64,000 nt of DNA. It comes from the human T2T-CHM13v2.0 reference genome, Homo sapiens. Of this stretch, positions 12,701 through 27,700 are shown in pieces. The notes under the pieces were generated by a model, which saw nothing but the letters and a program-made list of their open reading frames with translations, was not told where the DNA came from and ran no database searches. Position numbers and translations under genes: made by a program. Every line of letters starts with the position of its first letter. Positions within the stretch are counted from its first letter, which is position 1. The stretch lies in NCBI RefSeq assembly GCF_009914755.1, contig NC_060927.1; one strand, 5' to 3'.

Positions 12701-15700
12701 ACAGGCCTGAAAGCACTCTAAATATAGAATTGCAAATTCCACAGAAAGAGTGCTTAAAACCGCTCTATCCAAAGAAAGGTTAAACTCTGTCCGCTGAAGG
12801 CGCACATCACAAAGTAGCTTCAGAGAACAATTATGTCTAGTTTCTCTGTGAAGATATTTTCTCTTCTACATAGGCCTGAAACCGCTCTAAATATTCACTT
12901 GGAAACTCTAGAAAAAGAATATTTCAACACTCTTCTGTCAAAAGGAAGGTTGAACTCTGAGAGTTAAATGCTCACATCACAAAGAAGTTTCTGGGAATTC
13001 TTCTGTCAAGGTTTCTATGAAGAAATCCCGTTTCCAATGAAGGCCTCAAAAAAGTCCAAATATTTACTTGCAGATTCTACAAAAAGAGTGTTTCGTAACT
13101 GGTCTATCAAAAGAAAGGTTAAACTCAGTGAGTTGAACCCACACATCACAAAGTAGTTTCTGAGAATCATTCTGTCTAGTTTTCCTACGAAGATATTGCC
13201 TTTTCTACCATAGGCCTCAAACGGCGCTAAATATCCACCTGGAAATTCTACAAAAACTGAGTTTCAAAAGTGCTCTTTTGAAAGGAAGCTTCAACTCTGT
13301 GAGTTGAAGGTACACATCACAAAGAAGTTTCTGAGAATTCTTCTGTCTAGTTGTCAATGAAGAAATCACGTTTCACACGAAGGCCACAAAGAGGTCCAAA
13401 TATCCACTTGCAGATTCTACAAAAAGAGTGTCTCAAAACGGCTCCATCAAGAGGAATGTTCAACTCTGTGCGGTGAATGCAAATATCACAAATAAGTTTC
13501 TGACAATACTTCCGTCTAGTTTTTATGTGAAGATATTTCCTTTCCTACTGTAGGCCTCAAAACGCTCTAAAGAGACACTTGCAAATTCCACAAAAAGAGG
13601 GTTTCAAAACTGCTCTATCAAAGTAAGTTTAAACTCTGTAAGCTGAATGCAAGCATCACAAAACAGCTTCGGAGAATGAATCTGCCTAGTTTTTCTGTGA
13701 AGATATTTCTTTTTCTGCCATAGACCTCAAACCGCTGTGAAAATCCACTTGGAAATCCTACAAAAAGAGTATGTCAAAACTCTTCTAGCGAAAGGAAGTT
13801 TCAACTCCATGAGTTAAATGCACATACCACAAATAATTTTCTGAGGATTCTTCTTTGAAGTTTTATATGAAGAAATCCCGTTTCCAAAGATGGCCTCAGA
13901 AAAGTCCCAATATACCCTTGCAGATTCTACAAAAAGAGTTTTTCAAAACTGCTCTATCCAAAGAAAGGTTAAACTCTGTGAGTTGAAGGCACACATCACA
14001 AAGTAGTTTCTGAGAATCATTCTGTCTAGTTTTTCTATGAAGATATTGCCTTTTCCACCACAGGCCTCAAACGGCGCTAAATATCCACTTGGAAATTCTA
14101 CAAAAAGAGAGTTACAAAACTGCTCAATCGAAAGGAAGCTGCAACTCTGCGAGTTGAAAGCACACATCGCAAAGAAGTTGATGAGAATTCTTCTGTCTAG
14201 TTTTGTATGAAGAAGTCACGTCTCAAACGAAGGCCACAAAGAGGTCCAAATATCCACTTGGAGATTCAACAAAAAGAGTTTTTCAAAACTGCTCCATCAA
14301 GAGGAATATTCAACTCTGAGAGTTGAGGGCAGGTATCACAAACTAGTTTCCGACAACGCTTCTGTCTAGATTTTATGTGAAGACATTCCCTTTTGTACCA
14401 CAGGCCTGAAAGCACTCTAAATATAGAATTGCAAATTCCACAGAAAGAGTGCTTAAAACCGCTCTATCCAAAGAAAGGTTAAACTCTGTCCGCTGAAGGC
14501 GCACATCACAAAGTAGCTTCAGAGAACAATTATGTCTAGTTTCTCTGTGAAGATATTTTCTCTTCTACATAGGCCTGAAACCGCTCTAAATATTCACTTG
14601 GAAACTCTAGAAAAAGAATATTTCAACACTCTTCTGTCAAAAGGAAGGTTGAACTCTGAGAGTTAAATGCTCACATCACAAAGAAGTTTCTGGGAATTCT
14701 TCTGTCAAGGTTTCTATGAAGAAATCCCGTTTCCAATGAAGGCCTCAAAAAAGTCCAAATATTTACTTGCAGATTCTACAAAAAGAGTGTTTCGTAACTG
14801 GTCTATCAAAAGAAAGGTTAAACTCAGTGAGTTGAACCCACACATCACAAAGTAGTTTCTGAGAATCATTCTGTCTAGTTTTCCTACGAAGATATTGCCT
14901 TTTCTACCATAGGCCTCAAACGGCGCTAAATATCCACCTGGAAATTCTACAAAAACTGAGTTTCAAAAGTGCTCTTTTGAAAGGAAGCTTCAACTCTGTG
15001 AGTTGAAGGTACACATCACAAAGAAGTTTCTGAGAATTCTTCTGTCTAGTTGTCAATGAAGAAATCACGTTTCACACGAAGGCCACAAAGAGGTCCAAAT
15101 ATCCACTTGCAGATTCTACAAAAAGAGTGTCTCAAAACGGCTCCATCAAGAGGAATGTTCAACTCTGTGCGGTGAATGCAAATATCACAAATAAGTTTCT
15201 GACAATACTTCCGTCTAGTTTTTATGTGAAGATATTTCCTTTCCTACTGTAGGCCTCAAAACGCTCTAAAGAGACACTTGCAAATTCCACAAAAAGAGGG
15301 TTTCAAAACTGCTCTATCAAAGTAAGTTTAAACTCTGTAAGCTGAATGCAAGCATCACAAAACAGCTTCGGAGAATGAATCTGCCTAGTTTTTCTGTGAA
15401 GATATTTCTTTTTCTGCCATAGACCTCAAACCGCTGTGAAAATCCACTTGGAAATCCTACAAAAAGAGTATGTCAAAACTCTTCTAGCGAAAGGAAGTTT
15501 CAACTCCATGAGTTAAATGCACATACCACAAATAATTTTCTGAGGATTCTTCTTTGAAGTTTTATATGAAGAAATCCCGTTTCCAAAGATGGCCTCAGAA
15601 AAGTCCCAATATACCCTTGCAGATTCTACAAAAAGAGTTTTTCAAAACTGCTCTATCCAAAGAAAGGTTAAACTCTGTGAGTTGAAGGCACACATCACAA

Positions 15701-18700
15701 AGTAGTTTCTGAGAATCATTCTGTCTAGTTTTTCTATGAAGATATTGCCTTTTCCACCACAGGCCTCAAACGGCGCTAAATATCCACTTGGAAATTCTAC
15801 AAAAAGAGAGTTACAAAACTGCTCAATCGAAAGGAAGCTGCAACTCTGCGAGTTGAAAGCACACATCGCAAAGAAGTTGATGAGAATTCTTCTGTCTAGT
15901 TTTGTATGAAGAAGTCACGTCTCAAACGAAGGCCACAAAGAGGTCCAAATATCCACTTGGAGATTCAACAAAAAGAGTTTTTCAAAACTGCTCCATCAAG
16001 AGGAATATTCAACTCTGAGAGTTGAGGGCAGGTATCACAAACTAGTTTCCGACAACGCTTCTGTCTAGATTTTATGTGAAGACATTCCCTTTTGTACCAC
16101 AGGCCTGAAAGCACTCTAAATATAGAATTGCAAATTCCACAGAAAGAGTGCTTAAAACCGCTCTATCCAAAGAAAGGTTAAACTCTGTCCGCTGAAGGCG
16201 CACATCACAAAGTAGCTTCAGAGAACAATTATGTCTAGTTTCTCTGTGAAGATATTTTCTCTTCTACATAGGCCTGAAACCGCTCTAAATATTCACTTGG
16301 AAACTCTAGAAAAAGAATATTTCAACACTCTTCTGTCAAAAGGAAGGTTGAACTCTGAGAGTTAAATGCACACATCACAAAGAAGTTTCTGGGAATTCTT
16401 CTGTCAAGGTTTCTATGAAGAAATCCCGTTTCCAATGAAGGCCTCAAAAAAGTCCAAATATTTACTTGCAGATTCTACAAAAAGAGTGTTTCGTAACTGG
16501 TCTATCAAAAGAAAGGTTAAACTCAGTGAGTTGAACCCACACATCACAAAGTAGTTTCTGAGAATCATTCTGTCTAGTTTTCCTACGAAGATATTGCCTT
16601 TTCTACCATAGACCTCAAACGGCGCTAAATATCCACCTGGAAATTCTACAAAAACTGAGTTTCAAAAGTGCTCTATTGAAAGGAAGCTTCAACTCTGTGA
16701 GTTGAAGGTACACATCACAAAGAAGTTTCTGAGAATTCTTCTGTCTAGTTGTAAATGAAGAAATCACGTTTCACACGAAGGCCACAAAGAGGTCCAAATA
16801 TCCACTTACAGATTCTACAAAAAGAGTGTCTCAAAACGGCTCCATCAAGAGGAATGTTCAATTCTGTGCGTTGAATGCAAATATCACAAATAAGTTTCTG
16901 ACAATACTTCCGTCTAGTTTTTATGTGAAGATATTTCCTTTCCTACTGTAGGCCTCAAAACGCTCTAAAGAGACACTTGCAAATTCCACAAAAAGAGGGT
17001 TTCAAAACTGCTCTATCAAAGTAAGTTTAAACTCTGTAAGCTGAATGCAAGCATCACAAAACAGCTTCGGAGAATGAATCTGCCTAGTTTTTCTGTGAAG
17101 ATATTTCTTTTTCTGCCATAGACCTCAAACCGCTGTGAAAATCCACTTGGAAATCCTACAAAAAGAGTATGTCAAAACTCTTCTAGCGAAAGGAAGTTTC
17201 AACTCCATGAGTTAAATGCACATACCACAAATAATTTTCTGAGGATTCTTCTTTGAAGTTTTATATGAAGAAATCCCGTTTCCAAAGATGGCCTCAGAAA
17301 AGTCCCAATATACCCTTGCAGATTCTACAAAAAGAGTTTTTCAAAACTGCTCTATCCAAAGAAAGGTTAAACTCTGTGAGTTGAAGGCACACATCACAAA
17401 GTAGTTTCTGAGAATCATTCTGTCTAGTTTTTCTATGAAGATATTGCCTTTTCCACCATAGGCCTCAAACGGCGCTAAATATCCACTTGGAAATTCTACA
17501 AAAAGAGAGTTACAAAACTGCTCTATCGAAAGGAAGATGCAACTCTGCGAGTTGAAAGCACACATCGCGAAGAAGTTGATGAGAATTCTTCTGTCTAGTT
17601 TTGTATGAAGAAGTCACGTCTCAAACGAAGGCCACAAAGAGGTCCAAATATCCACTTGGAGATTCAACAAAAAGAGTTTTTCAAAACTGCTCCGTCAAGA
17701 TTAATATTCAACTCTGAGAGTTGAGGGCAGGTATCACAAACAAGTTTCCGACAACGCTTCTGTCTAGATTTTATGTGAAGACATTCCCTTTTGTACCACA
17801 GGCCTGAAAGCACTCTAAATATAGAATTGCAAATTCCACAGAAAGAGTGCTTAAAACCGCTCTATCCAAAGAAAGGTTAAACTCTGTCCGCTGAAGGCGC
17901 ACATCACAAAGTAGCTTCAGAGAACAATTATGTCTAGTTTCTCTGTGAAGATATTTTCTCTTCTACATAGGCCTGAAACCGCTCTAAATATTCACTTGGA
18001 AACTCTAGAAAAAGAATATTTCAACACTCTTCTGTCAAAAGGAAGGTTGAACTCTGAGAGTTAAATGCACACATCACAAAGAAGTTTCTGGGAATTCTTC
18101 TGTCAAGGTTTCTATGAAGAAATCCCGTTTCCAATGAAGGCCTCAAAAAAGTCCAAATATTTACTTGCAGATTCTACAAAAAGAGTGTTTCGTAACTGGT
18201 CTATCAAAAGAAAGGTTAAACTCAGTGAGTTGAACCCACACATCACAAAGTAGTTTCTGAGAATCATTCTGTCTAGTTTTCCTATGAAGATATTGCCTTT
18301 TCTACCATAGGCCTCAAACGGCGCTAAATATCCACCTGGAAATTCTACAAAAACTGAGTTTCAAAAGTGCTCTTTTGAAAGGAAGCTTCAACTCTGTGAG
18401 TTGAAGGTACACATCACAAAGAAGTTTCTGAGAATTCTTCTGTCTAGTTGTCAATGAAGAAATCACGTTTCACACGAAGGCCACAAAGAGGTCCAAATAT
18501 CCACTTGCAGATTCTACAAAAAGAGTGTCTCAAAACGGCTCCATCAAGAGGAATGTTCAACTCTGTGCGGTGAATGCAAATATCACAAATAAGTTTCTGA
18601 CAATACTTCCGTCTAGTTTTTATGTGAAGATATTTCCTTTCCTACTGTAGGCCTCAAAACGCTCTAAAGAGACACTTGCAAATTCCACAAAAAGAGGGTT

Positions 18701-21700
18701 TCAAAACTGCTCTATCAAAGTAAGTTTAAACTCTGTAAGCTGAATGCAAGCATCACAAAACAGCTTCGGAGAATGAATCTGCCTAGTTTTTCTGTGAAGA
18801 TATTTCTTTTTCTGCCATAGACCTCAAACCGCTGTGAAAATCCACTTGGAAATCCTACAAAAAGAGTATGTCAAAACTCTTCTAGCGAAAGGAAGTTTCA
18901 ACTCCATGAGTTAAATGCACATACCACAAATAATTTTCTGAGGATTCTTCTTTGAAGTTTTATATGAAGAAATCCCGTTTCCAAAGATGGCCTCAGAAAA
19001 GTCCCAATATACCCTTGCAGATTCTACAAAAAGAGTTTTTCAAAACTGCTCTATCCAAAGAAAGGTTAAACTCTGTGAGTTGAAGGCACACATCACAAAG
19101 TAGTTTCTGAGAATCATTCTGTCTAGTTTTTCTATGAAGATATTGCCTTTTCCACCACAGGCCTCAAACGGCGCTAAATATCCACTTGGAAATTCTACAA
19201 AAAGAGAGTTACAAAACTGCTCAATCGAAAGGAAGCTGCAACTCTGCGAGTTGAAAGCACACATCGCAAAGAAGTTGATGAGAATTCTTCTGTCTAGTTT
19301 TGTATGAAGAAGTCACGTCTCAAACGAAGGCCACAAAGAGGTCCAAATATCCACTTGGAGATTCAACAAAAAGAGTTTTTCAAAACTGCTCCATCAAGAG
19401 GAATATTCAACTCTGAGAGTTGAGGGCAGGTATCACAAACTAGTTTCCGACAACGCTTCTGTCTAGATTTTATGTGAAGACATTCCCTTTTGTACCACAG
19501 GCCTGAAAGCACTCTAAATATAGAATTGCAAATTCCACAGAAAGAGTGCTTAAAACCGCTCTATCCAAAGAAAGGTTAAACTCTGTCCGCTGAAGGCGCA
19601 CATCACAAAGTAGCTTCAGAGAACAATTATGTCTAGTTTCTCTGTGAAGATATTTTCTCTTCTACATAGGCCTGAAACCGCTCTAAATATTCACTTGGAA
19701 ACTCTAGAAAAAGAATATTTCAACACTCTTCTGTCAAAAGGAAGGTTGAACTCTGAGAGTTAAATGCTCACATCACAAAGAAGTTTCTGGGAATTCTTCT
19801 GTCAAGGTTTCTATGAAGAAATCCCGTTTCCAATGAAGGCCTCAAAAAAGTCCAAATATTTACTTGCAGATTCTACAAAAAGAGTGTTTCGTAACTGGTC
19901 TATCAAAAGAAAGGTTAAACTCAGTGAGTTGAACCCACACATCACAAAGTAGTTTCTGAGAATCATTCTGTCTAGTTTTCCTACGAAGATATTGCCTTTT
20001 CTACCATAGGCCTCAAACGGCGCTAAATATCCACCTGGAAATTCTACAAAAACTGAGTTTCAAAAGTGCTCTTTTGAAAGGAAGCTTCAACTCTGTGAGT
20101 TGAAGGTACACATCACAAAGAAGTTTCTGAGAATTCTTCTGTCTAGTTGTCAATGAAGAAATCACGTTTCACACGAAGGCCACAAAGAGGTCCAAATATC
20201 CACTTGCAGATTCTACAAAAAGAGTGTCTCAAAACGGCTCCATCAAGAGGAATGTTCAACTCTGTGCGGTGAATGCAAATATCACAAATAAGTTTCTGAC
20301 AATACTTCCGTCTAGTTTTTATGTGAAGATATTTCCTTTCCTACTGTAGGCCTCAAAACGCTCTAAAGAGACACTTGCAAATTCCACAAAAAGAGGGTTT
20401 CAAAACTGCTCTATCAAAGTAAGTTTAAACTCTGTAAGCTGAATGCAAGCATCACAAAACAGCTTCGGAGAATGAATCTGCCTAGTTTTTCTGTGAAGAT
20501 ATTTCTTTTTCTGCCATAGACCTCAAACCGCTGTGAAAATCCACTTGGAAATCCTACAAAAAGAGTATGTCAAAACTCTTCTAGCGAAAGGAAGTTTCAA
20601 CTCCATGAGTTAAATGCACATACCACAAATAATTTTCTGAGGATTCTTCTTTGAAGTTTTATATGAAGAAATCCCGTTTCCAAAGATGGCCTCAGAAAAG
20701 TCCCAATATACCCTTGCAGATTCTACAAAAAGAGTTTTTCAAAACTGCTCTATCCAAAGAAAGGTTAAACTCTGTGAGTTGAAGGCACACATCACAAAGT
20801 AGTTTCTGAGAATCATTCTGTCTAGTTTTTCTATGAAGATATTGCCTTTTCCACCACAGGCCTCAAACGGCGCTAAATATCCACTTGGAAATTCTACAAA
20901 AAGAGAGTTACAAAACTGCTCTATCGAAAGGAAGCTGCAACTCTGCGAGTTGAAAGCACACATCGCGAAGAAGTTGATGAGAATTCTTCTGTCTAGTTTT
21001 GTATGAAGAAGTCACGTCTCAAACGAAGGCCACAAAGAGGTCCAAATATCCACTTGGAGATTCAACAAAAAGAGTTTTTCAAAACTGCTCCATCAAGAGG
21101 AATATTCAACTCTGAGAGTTGAGGGCAGGTATCACAAACTAGTTTCCGACAACGCTTCTGTCTAGATTTTATGTGAAGACATTCCCTTTTGTACCACAGG
21201 CCTGAAAGCACTCTAAATATAGAATTGCAAATTCCACAGAAAGAGTGCTTAAAACCGCTCTATCCAAAGAAAGGTTAAACTCTGTCCGCTGAAGGCGCAC
21301 ATCACAAAGTAGCTTCAGAGAACAATTATGTCTAGTTTCTCTGTGAAGATATTTTCTCTTCTACATAGGCCTGAAACCGCTCTAAATATTCACTTGGAAA
21401 CTCTAGAAAAAGAATATTTCAACACTCTTCTGTCAAAAGGAAGGTTGAACTCTGAGAGTTAAATGCTCACATCACAAAGAAGTTTCTGGGAATTCTTCTG
21501 TCAAGGTTTCTATGAAGAAATCCCGTTTCCAATGAAGGCCTCAAAAAAGTCCAAATATTTACTTGCAGATTCTACAAAAAGAGTGTTTCGTAACTGGTCT
21601 ATCAAAAGAAAGGTTAAACTCAGTGAGTTGAACCCACACATCACAAAGTAGTTTCTGAGAATCATTCTGTCTAGTTTTCCTACGAAGATATTGCCTTTTC

Positions 21701-24700
21701 TACCATAGGCCTCAAACGGCGCTAAATATCCACCTGGAAATTCTACAAAAACTGAGTTTCAAAAGTGCTCTTTTGAAAGGAAGCTTCAACTCTGTGAGTT
21801 GAAGGTACACATCACAAAGAAGTTTCTGAGAATTCTTCTGTCTAGTTGTCAATGAAGAAATCACGTTTCACACGAAGGCCACAAAGAGGTCCAAATATCC
21901 ACTTGCAGATTCTACAAAAAGAGTGTCTCAAAACGGCTCCATCAAGAGGAATGTTCAACTCTGTGCGGTGAATGCAAATATCACAAATAAGTTTCTGACA
22001 ATACTTCCGTCTAGTTTTTATGTGAAGATATTTCCTTTCCTACTGTAGGCCTCAAAACGCTCTAAAGAGACACTTGCAAATTCCACAAAAAGAGGGTTTC
22101 AAAACTGCTCTATCAAAGTAAGTTTAAACTCTGTAAGCTGAATGCAAGCATCACAAAACAGCTTCGGAGAATGAATCTGCCTAGTTTTTCTGTGAAGATA
22201 TTTCTTTTTCTGCCATAGACCTCAAACCGCTGTGAAAATCCACTTGGAAATCCTACAAAAAGAGTATGTCAAAACTCTTCTAGCGAAAGGAAGTTTCAAC
22301 TCCATGAGTTAAATGCACATACCACAAATAATTTTCTGAGGATTCTTCTTTGAAGTTTTATATGAAGAAATCCCGTTTCCAAAGATGGCCTCAGAAAAGT
22401 CCCAATATACCCTTGCAGATTCTACAAAAAGAGTTTTTCAAAACTGCTCTATCCAAAGAAAGGTTAAACTCTGTGAGTTGAAGGCACACATCACAAAGTA
22501 GTTTCTGAGAATCATTCTGTCTAGTTTTTCTATGAAGATATTGCCTTTTCCACCACAGGCCTCAAACGGCGCTAAATATCCACTTGGAAATTCTACAAAA
22601 AGAGAGTTACAAAACTGCTCAATCGAAAGGAAGCTGCAACTCTGCGAGTTGAAAGCACACATCGCAAAGAAGTTGATGAGAATTCTTCTGTCTAGTTTTG
22701 TATGAAGAAGTCACGTCTCAAACGAAGGCCACAAAGAGGTCCAAATATCCACTTGGAGATTCAACAAAAAGAGTTTTTCAAAACTGCTCCATCAAGAGGA
22801 ATATTCAACTCTGAGAGTTGAGGGCAGGTATCACAAACTAGTTTCCGACAACGCTTCTGTCTAGATTTTATGTGAAGACATTCCCTTTTGTACCACAGGC
22901 CTGAAAGCACTCTAAATATAGAATTGCAAATTCCACAGAAAGAGTGCTTAAAACCGCTCTATCCAAAGAAAGGTTAAACTCTGTCCGCTGAAGGCGCACA
23001 TCACAAAGTAGCTTCAGAGAACAATTATGTCTAGTTTCTCTGTGAAGATATTTTCTCTTCTACATAGGCCTGAAACCGCTCTAAATATTCACTTGGAAAC
23101 TCTAGAAAAAGAATATTTCAACACTCTTCTGTCAAAAGGAAGGTTGAACTCTGAGAGTTAAATGCTCACATCACAAAGAAGTTTCTGGGAATTCTTCTGT
23201 CAAGGTTTCTATGAAGAAATCCCGTTTCCAATGAAGGCCTCAAAAAAGTCCAAATATTTACTTGCAGATTCTACAAAAAGAGTGTTTCGTAACTGGTCTA
23301 TCAAAAGAAAGGTTAAACTCAGTGAGTTGAACCCACACATCACAAAGTAGTTTCTGAGAATCATTCTGTCTAGTTTTCCTACGAAGATATTGCCTTTTCT
23401 ACCATAGGCCTCAAACGGCGCTAAATATCCACCTGGAAATTCTACAAAAACTGAGTTTCAAAAGTGCTCTTTTGAAAGGAAGCTTCAACTCTGTGAGTTG
23501 AAGGTACACATCACAAAGAAGTTTCTGAGAATTCTTCTGTCTAGTTGTCAATGAAGAAATCACGTTTCACACGAAGGCCACAAAGAGGTCCAAATATCCA
23601 CTTGCAGATTCTACAAAAAGAGTGTCTCAAAACGGCTCCATCAAGAGGAATGTTCAACTCTGTGCGGTGAATGCAAATATCACAAATAAGTTTCTGACAA
23701 TACTTCCGTCTAGTTTTTATGTGAAGATATTTCCTTTCCTACTGTAGGCCTCAAAACGCTCTAAAGAGACACTTGCAAATTCCACAAAAAGAGGGTTTCA
23801 AAACTGCTCTATCAAAGTAAGTTTAAACTCTGTAAGCTGAATGCAAGCATCACAAAACAGCTTCGGAGAATGAATCTGCCTAGTTTTTCTGTGAAGATAT
23901 TTCTTTTTCTGCCATAGACCTCAAACCGCTGTGAAAATCCACTTGGAAATCCTACAAAAAGAGTATGTCAAAACTCTTCTAGCGAAAGGAAGTTTCAACT
24001 CCATGAGTTAAATGCACATACCACAAATAATTTTCTGAGGATTCTTCTTTGAAGTTTTATATGAAGAAATCCCGTTTCCAAAGATGGCCTCAGAAAAGTC
24101 CCAATATACCCTTGCAGATTCTACAAAAAGAGTTTTTCAAAACTGCTCTATCCAAAGAAAGGTTAAACTCTGTGAGTTGAAGGCACACATCACAAAGTAG
24201 TTTCTGAGAATCATTCTGTCTAGTTTTTCTATGAAGATATTGCCTTTTCCACCACAGGCCTCAAACGGCGCTAAATATCCACTTGGAAATTCTACAAAAA
24301 GAGAGTTACAAAACTGCTCAATCGAAAGGAAGCTGCAACTCTGCGAGTTGAAAGCACACATCGCAAAGAAGTTGATGAGAATTCTTCTGTCTAGTTTTGT
24401 ATGAAGAAGTCACGTCTCAAACGAAGGCCACAAAGAGGTCCAAATATCCACTTGGAGATTCAACAAAAAGAGTTTTTCAAAACTGCTCCATCAAGAGGAA
24501 TATTCAACTCTGAGAGTTGAGGGCAGGTATCACAAACTAGTTTCCGACAACGCTTCTGTCTAGATTTTATGTGAAGACATTCCCTTTTGTACCACAGGCC
24601 TGAAAGCACTCTAAATATAGAATTGCAAATTCCACAGAAAGAGTGCTTAAAACCGCTCTATCCAAAGAAAGGTTAAACTCTGTCCGCTGAAGGCGCACAT

Positions 24701-27700
24701 CACAAAGTAGCTTCAGAGAACAATTATGTCTAGTTTCTCTGTGAAGATATTTTCTCTTCTACATAGGCCTGAAACCGCTCTAAATATTCACTTGGAAACT
24801 CTAGAAAAAGAATATTTCAACACTCTTCTGTCAAAAGGAAGGTTGAACTCTGAGAGTTAAATGCACACATCACAAAGAAGTTTCTGGGAATTCTTCTGTC
24901 AAGGTTTCTATGAAGAAATCCCGTTTCCAATGAAGGCCTCAAAAAAGTCCAAATATTTACTTGCAGATTCTACAAAAAGAGTGTTTCGTAACTGGTCTAT
25001 CAAAAGAAAGGTTAAACTCAGTGAGTTGAACCCACACATCACAAAGTAGTTTCTGAGAATCATTCTGTCTAGTTTTCCTACGAAGATATTGCCTTTTCTA
25101 CCATAGGCCTCAAACGGCGCTAAATATCCACCTGGAAATTCTACAAAAACTGAGTTTCAAAAGTGCTCTATTGAAAGGAAGCTTCAACTCTGTGAGTTGA
25201 AGGTACACATCACAAAGAAGTTTCTGAGAATTCTTCTGTCTAGTTGTAAATGAAGAAATCACGTTTCACACGAAGGCCACAAAGAGGTCCAAATATCCAC
25301 TTACAGATTCTACAAAAAGAGTGTCTCAAAACGGCTCCATCAAGAGGAATGTTCAATTCTGTGCGTTGAATGCAAATATCACAAATAAGTTTCTGACAAT
25401 ACTTCCGTCTAGTTTTTATGTGAAGATATTTCCTTTCCTACTGTAGGCCTCAAAACGCTCTAAAGAGACACTTGCAAATTCCACAAAAAGAGGGTTTCAA
25501 AACTGCTCTATCAAAGTAAGTTTAAACTCTGTAAGCTGAATGCAAGCATCACAAAACAGCTTCGGAGAATGAATCTGCCTAGTTTTTCTGTGAAGATATT
25601 TCTTTTTCTGCCATAGACCTCAAACCGCTGTGAAAATCCACTTGGAAATCCTACAAAAAGAGTATGTCAAAACTCTTCTAGCGAAAGGAAGTTTCAACTC
25701 CATGAGTTAAATGCACATACCACAAATAATTTTCTGAGGATTCTTCTTTGAAGTTTTATATGAAGAAATCCCGTTTCCAAAGATGGCCTCAGAAAAGTCC
25801 CAATATACCCTTGCAGATTCTACAAAAAGAGTTTTTCAAAACTGCTCTATCCAAAGAAAGGTTAAACTCTGTGAGTTGAAGGCACACATCACAAAGTAGT
25901 TTCTGAGAATCATTCTGTCTAGTTTTTCTATGAAGATATTGCCTTTTCCACCATAGGCCTCAAACGGCGCTAAATATCCACTTGGAAATTCTACAAAAAG
26001 AGAGTTACAAAACTGCTCTATCGAAAGGAAGATGCAACTCTGCGAGTTGAAAGCACACATCGCGAAGAAGTTGATGAGAATTCTTCTGTCTAGTTTTGTA
26101 TGAAGAAGTCACGTCTCAAACGAAGGCCACAAAGAGGTCCAAATATCCACTTGGAGATTCAACAAAAAGAGTTTTTCAAAACTGCTCCGTCAAGATTAAT
26201 ATTCAACTCTGAGAGTTGAGGGCAGGTATCACAAACAAGTTTCCGACAACGCTTCTGTCTAGATTTTATGTGAAGACATTCCCTTTTGTACCACAGGCCT
26301 GAAAGCACTCTAAATATAGAATTGCAAATTCCACAGAAAGAGTGCTTAAAACCGCTCTATCCAAAGAAAGGTTAAACTCTGTCCGCTGAAGGCGCACATC
26401 ACAAAGTAGCTTCAGAGAACAATTATGTCTAGTTTCTCTGTGAAGATATTTTCTCTTCTACATAGGCCTGAAACCGCTCTAAATATTCACTTGGAAACTC
26501 TAGAAAAAGAATATTTCAACACTCTTCTGTCAAAAGGAAGGTTGAACTCTGAGAGTTAAATGCACACATCACAAAGAAGTTTCTGGGAATTCTTCTGTCA
26601 AGGTTTCTATGAAGAAATCCCGTTTCCAATGAAGGCCTCAAAAAAGTCCAAATATTTACTTGCAGATTCTACAAAAAGAGTGTTTCGTAACTGGTCTATC
26701 AAAAGAAAGGTTAAACTCAGTGAGTTGAACCCACACATCACAAAGTAGTTTCTGAGAATCATTCTGTCTAGTTTTCCTATGAAGATATTGCCTTTTCTAC
26801 CATAGGCCTCAAACGGCGCTAAATATCCACCTGGAAATTCTACAAAAACTGAGTTTCAAAAGTGCTCTTTTGAAAGGAAGCTTCAACTCTGTGAGTTGAA
26901 GGTACACATCACAAAGAAGTTTCTGAGAATTCTTCTGTCTAGTTGTCAATGAAGAAATCACGTTTCACACGAAGGCCACAAAGAGGTCCAAATATCCACT
27001 TGCAGATTCTACAAAAAGAGTGTCTCAAAACGGCTCCATCAAGAGGAATGTTCAACTCTGTGCGGTGAATGCAAATATCACAAATAAGTTTCTGACAATA
27101 CTTCCGTCTAGTTTTTATGTGAAGATATTTCCTTTCCTACTGTAGGCCTCAAAACGCTCTAAAGAGACACTTGCAAATTCCACAAAAAGAGGGTTTCAAA
27201 ACTGCTCTATCAAAGTAAGTTTAAACTCTGTAAGCTGAATGCAAGCATCACAAAACAGCTTCGGAGAATGAATCTGCCTAGTTTTTCTGTGAAGATATTT
27301 CTTTTTCTGCCATAGACCTCAAACCGCTGTGAAAATCCACTTGGAAATCCTACAAAAAGAGTATGTCAAAACTCTTCTAGCGAAAGGAAGTTTCAACTCC
27401 ATGAGTTAAATGCACATACCACAAATAATTTTCTGAGGATTCTTCTTTGAAGTTTTATATGAAGAAATCCCGTTTCCAAAGATGGCCTCAGAAAAGTCCC
27501 AATATACCCTTGCAGATTCTACAAAAAGAGTTTTTCAAAACTGCTCTATCCAAAGAAAGGTTAAACTCTGTGACTTGAAGGCACACATCACAAAGTAGTT
27601 TCTGAGAATCATTCTGTCTAGTTTTTCTATGAAGATATTGCCTTTTCCACCACAGGCCTCAAACGGCGCTAAATATCCACTTGGAAATTCTACAAAAAGA

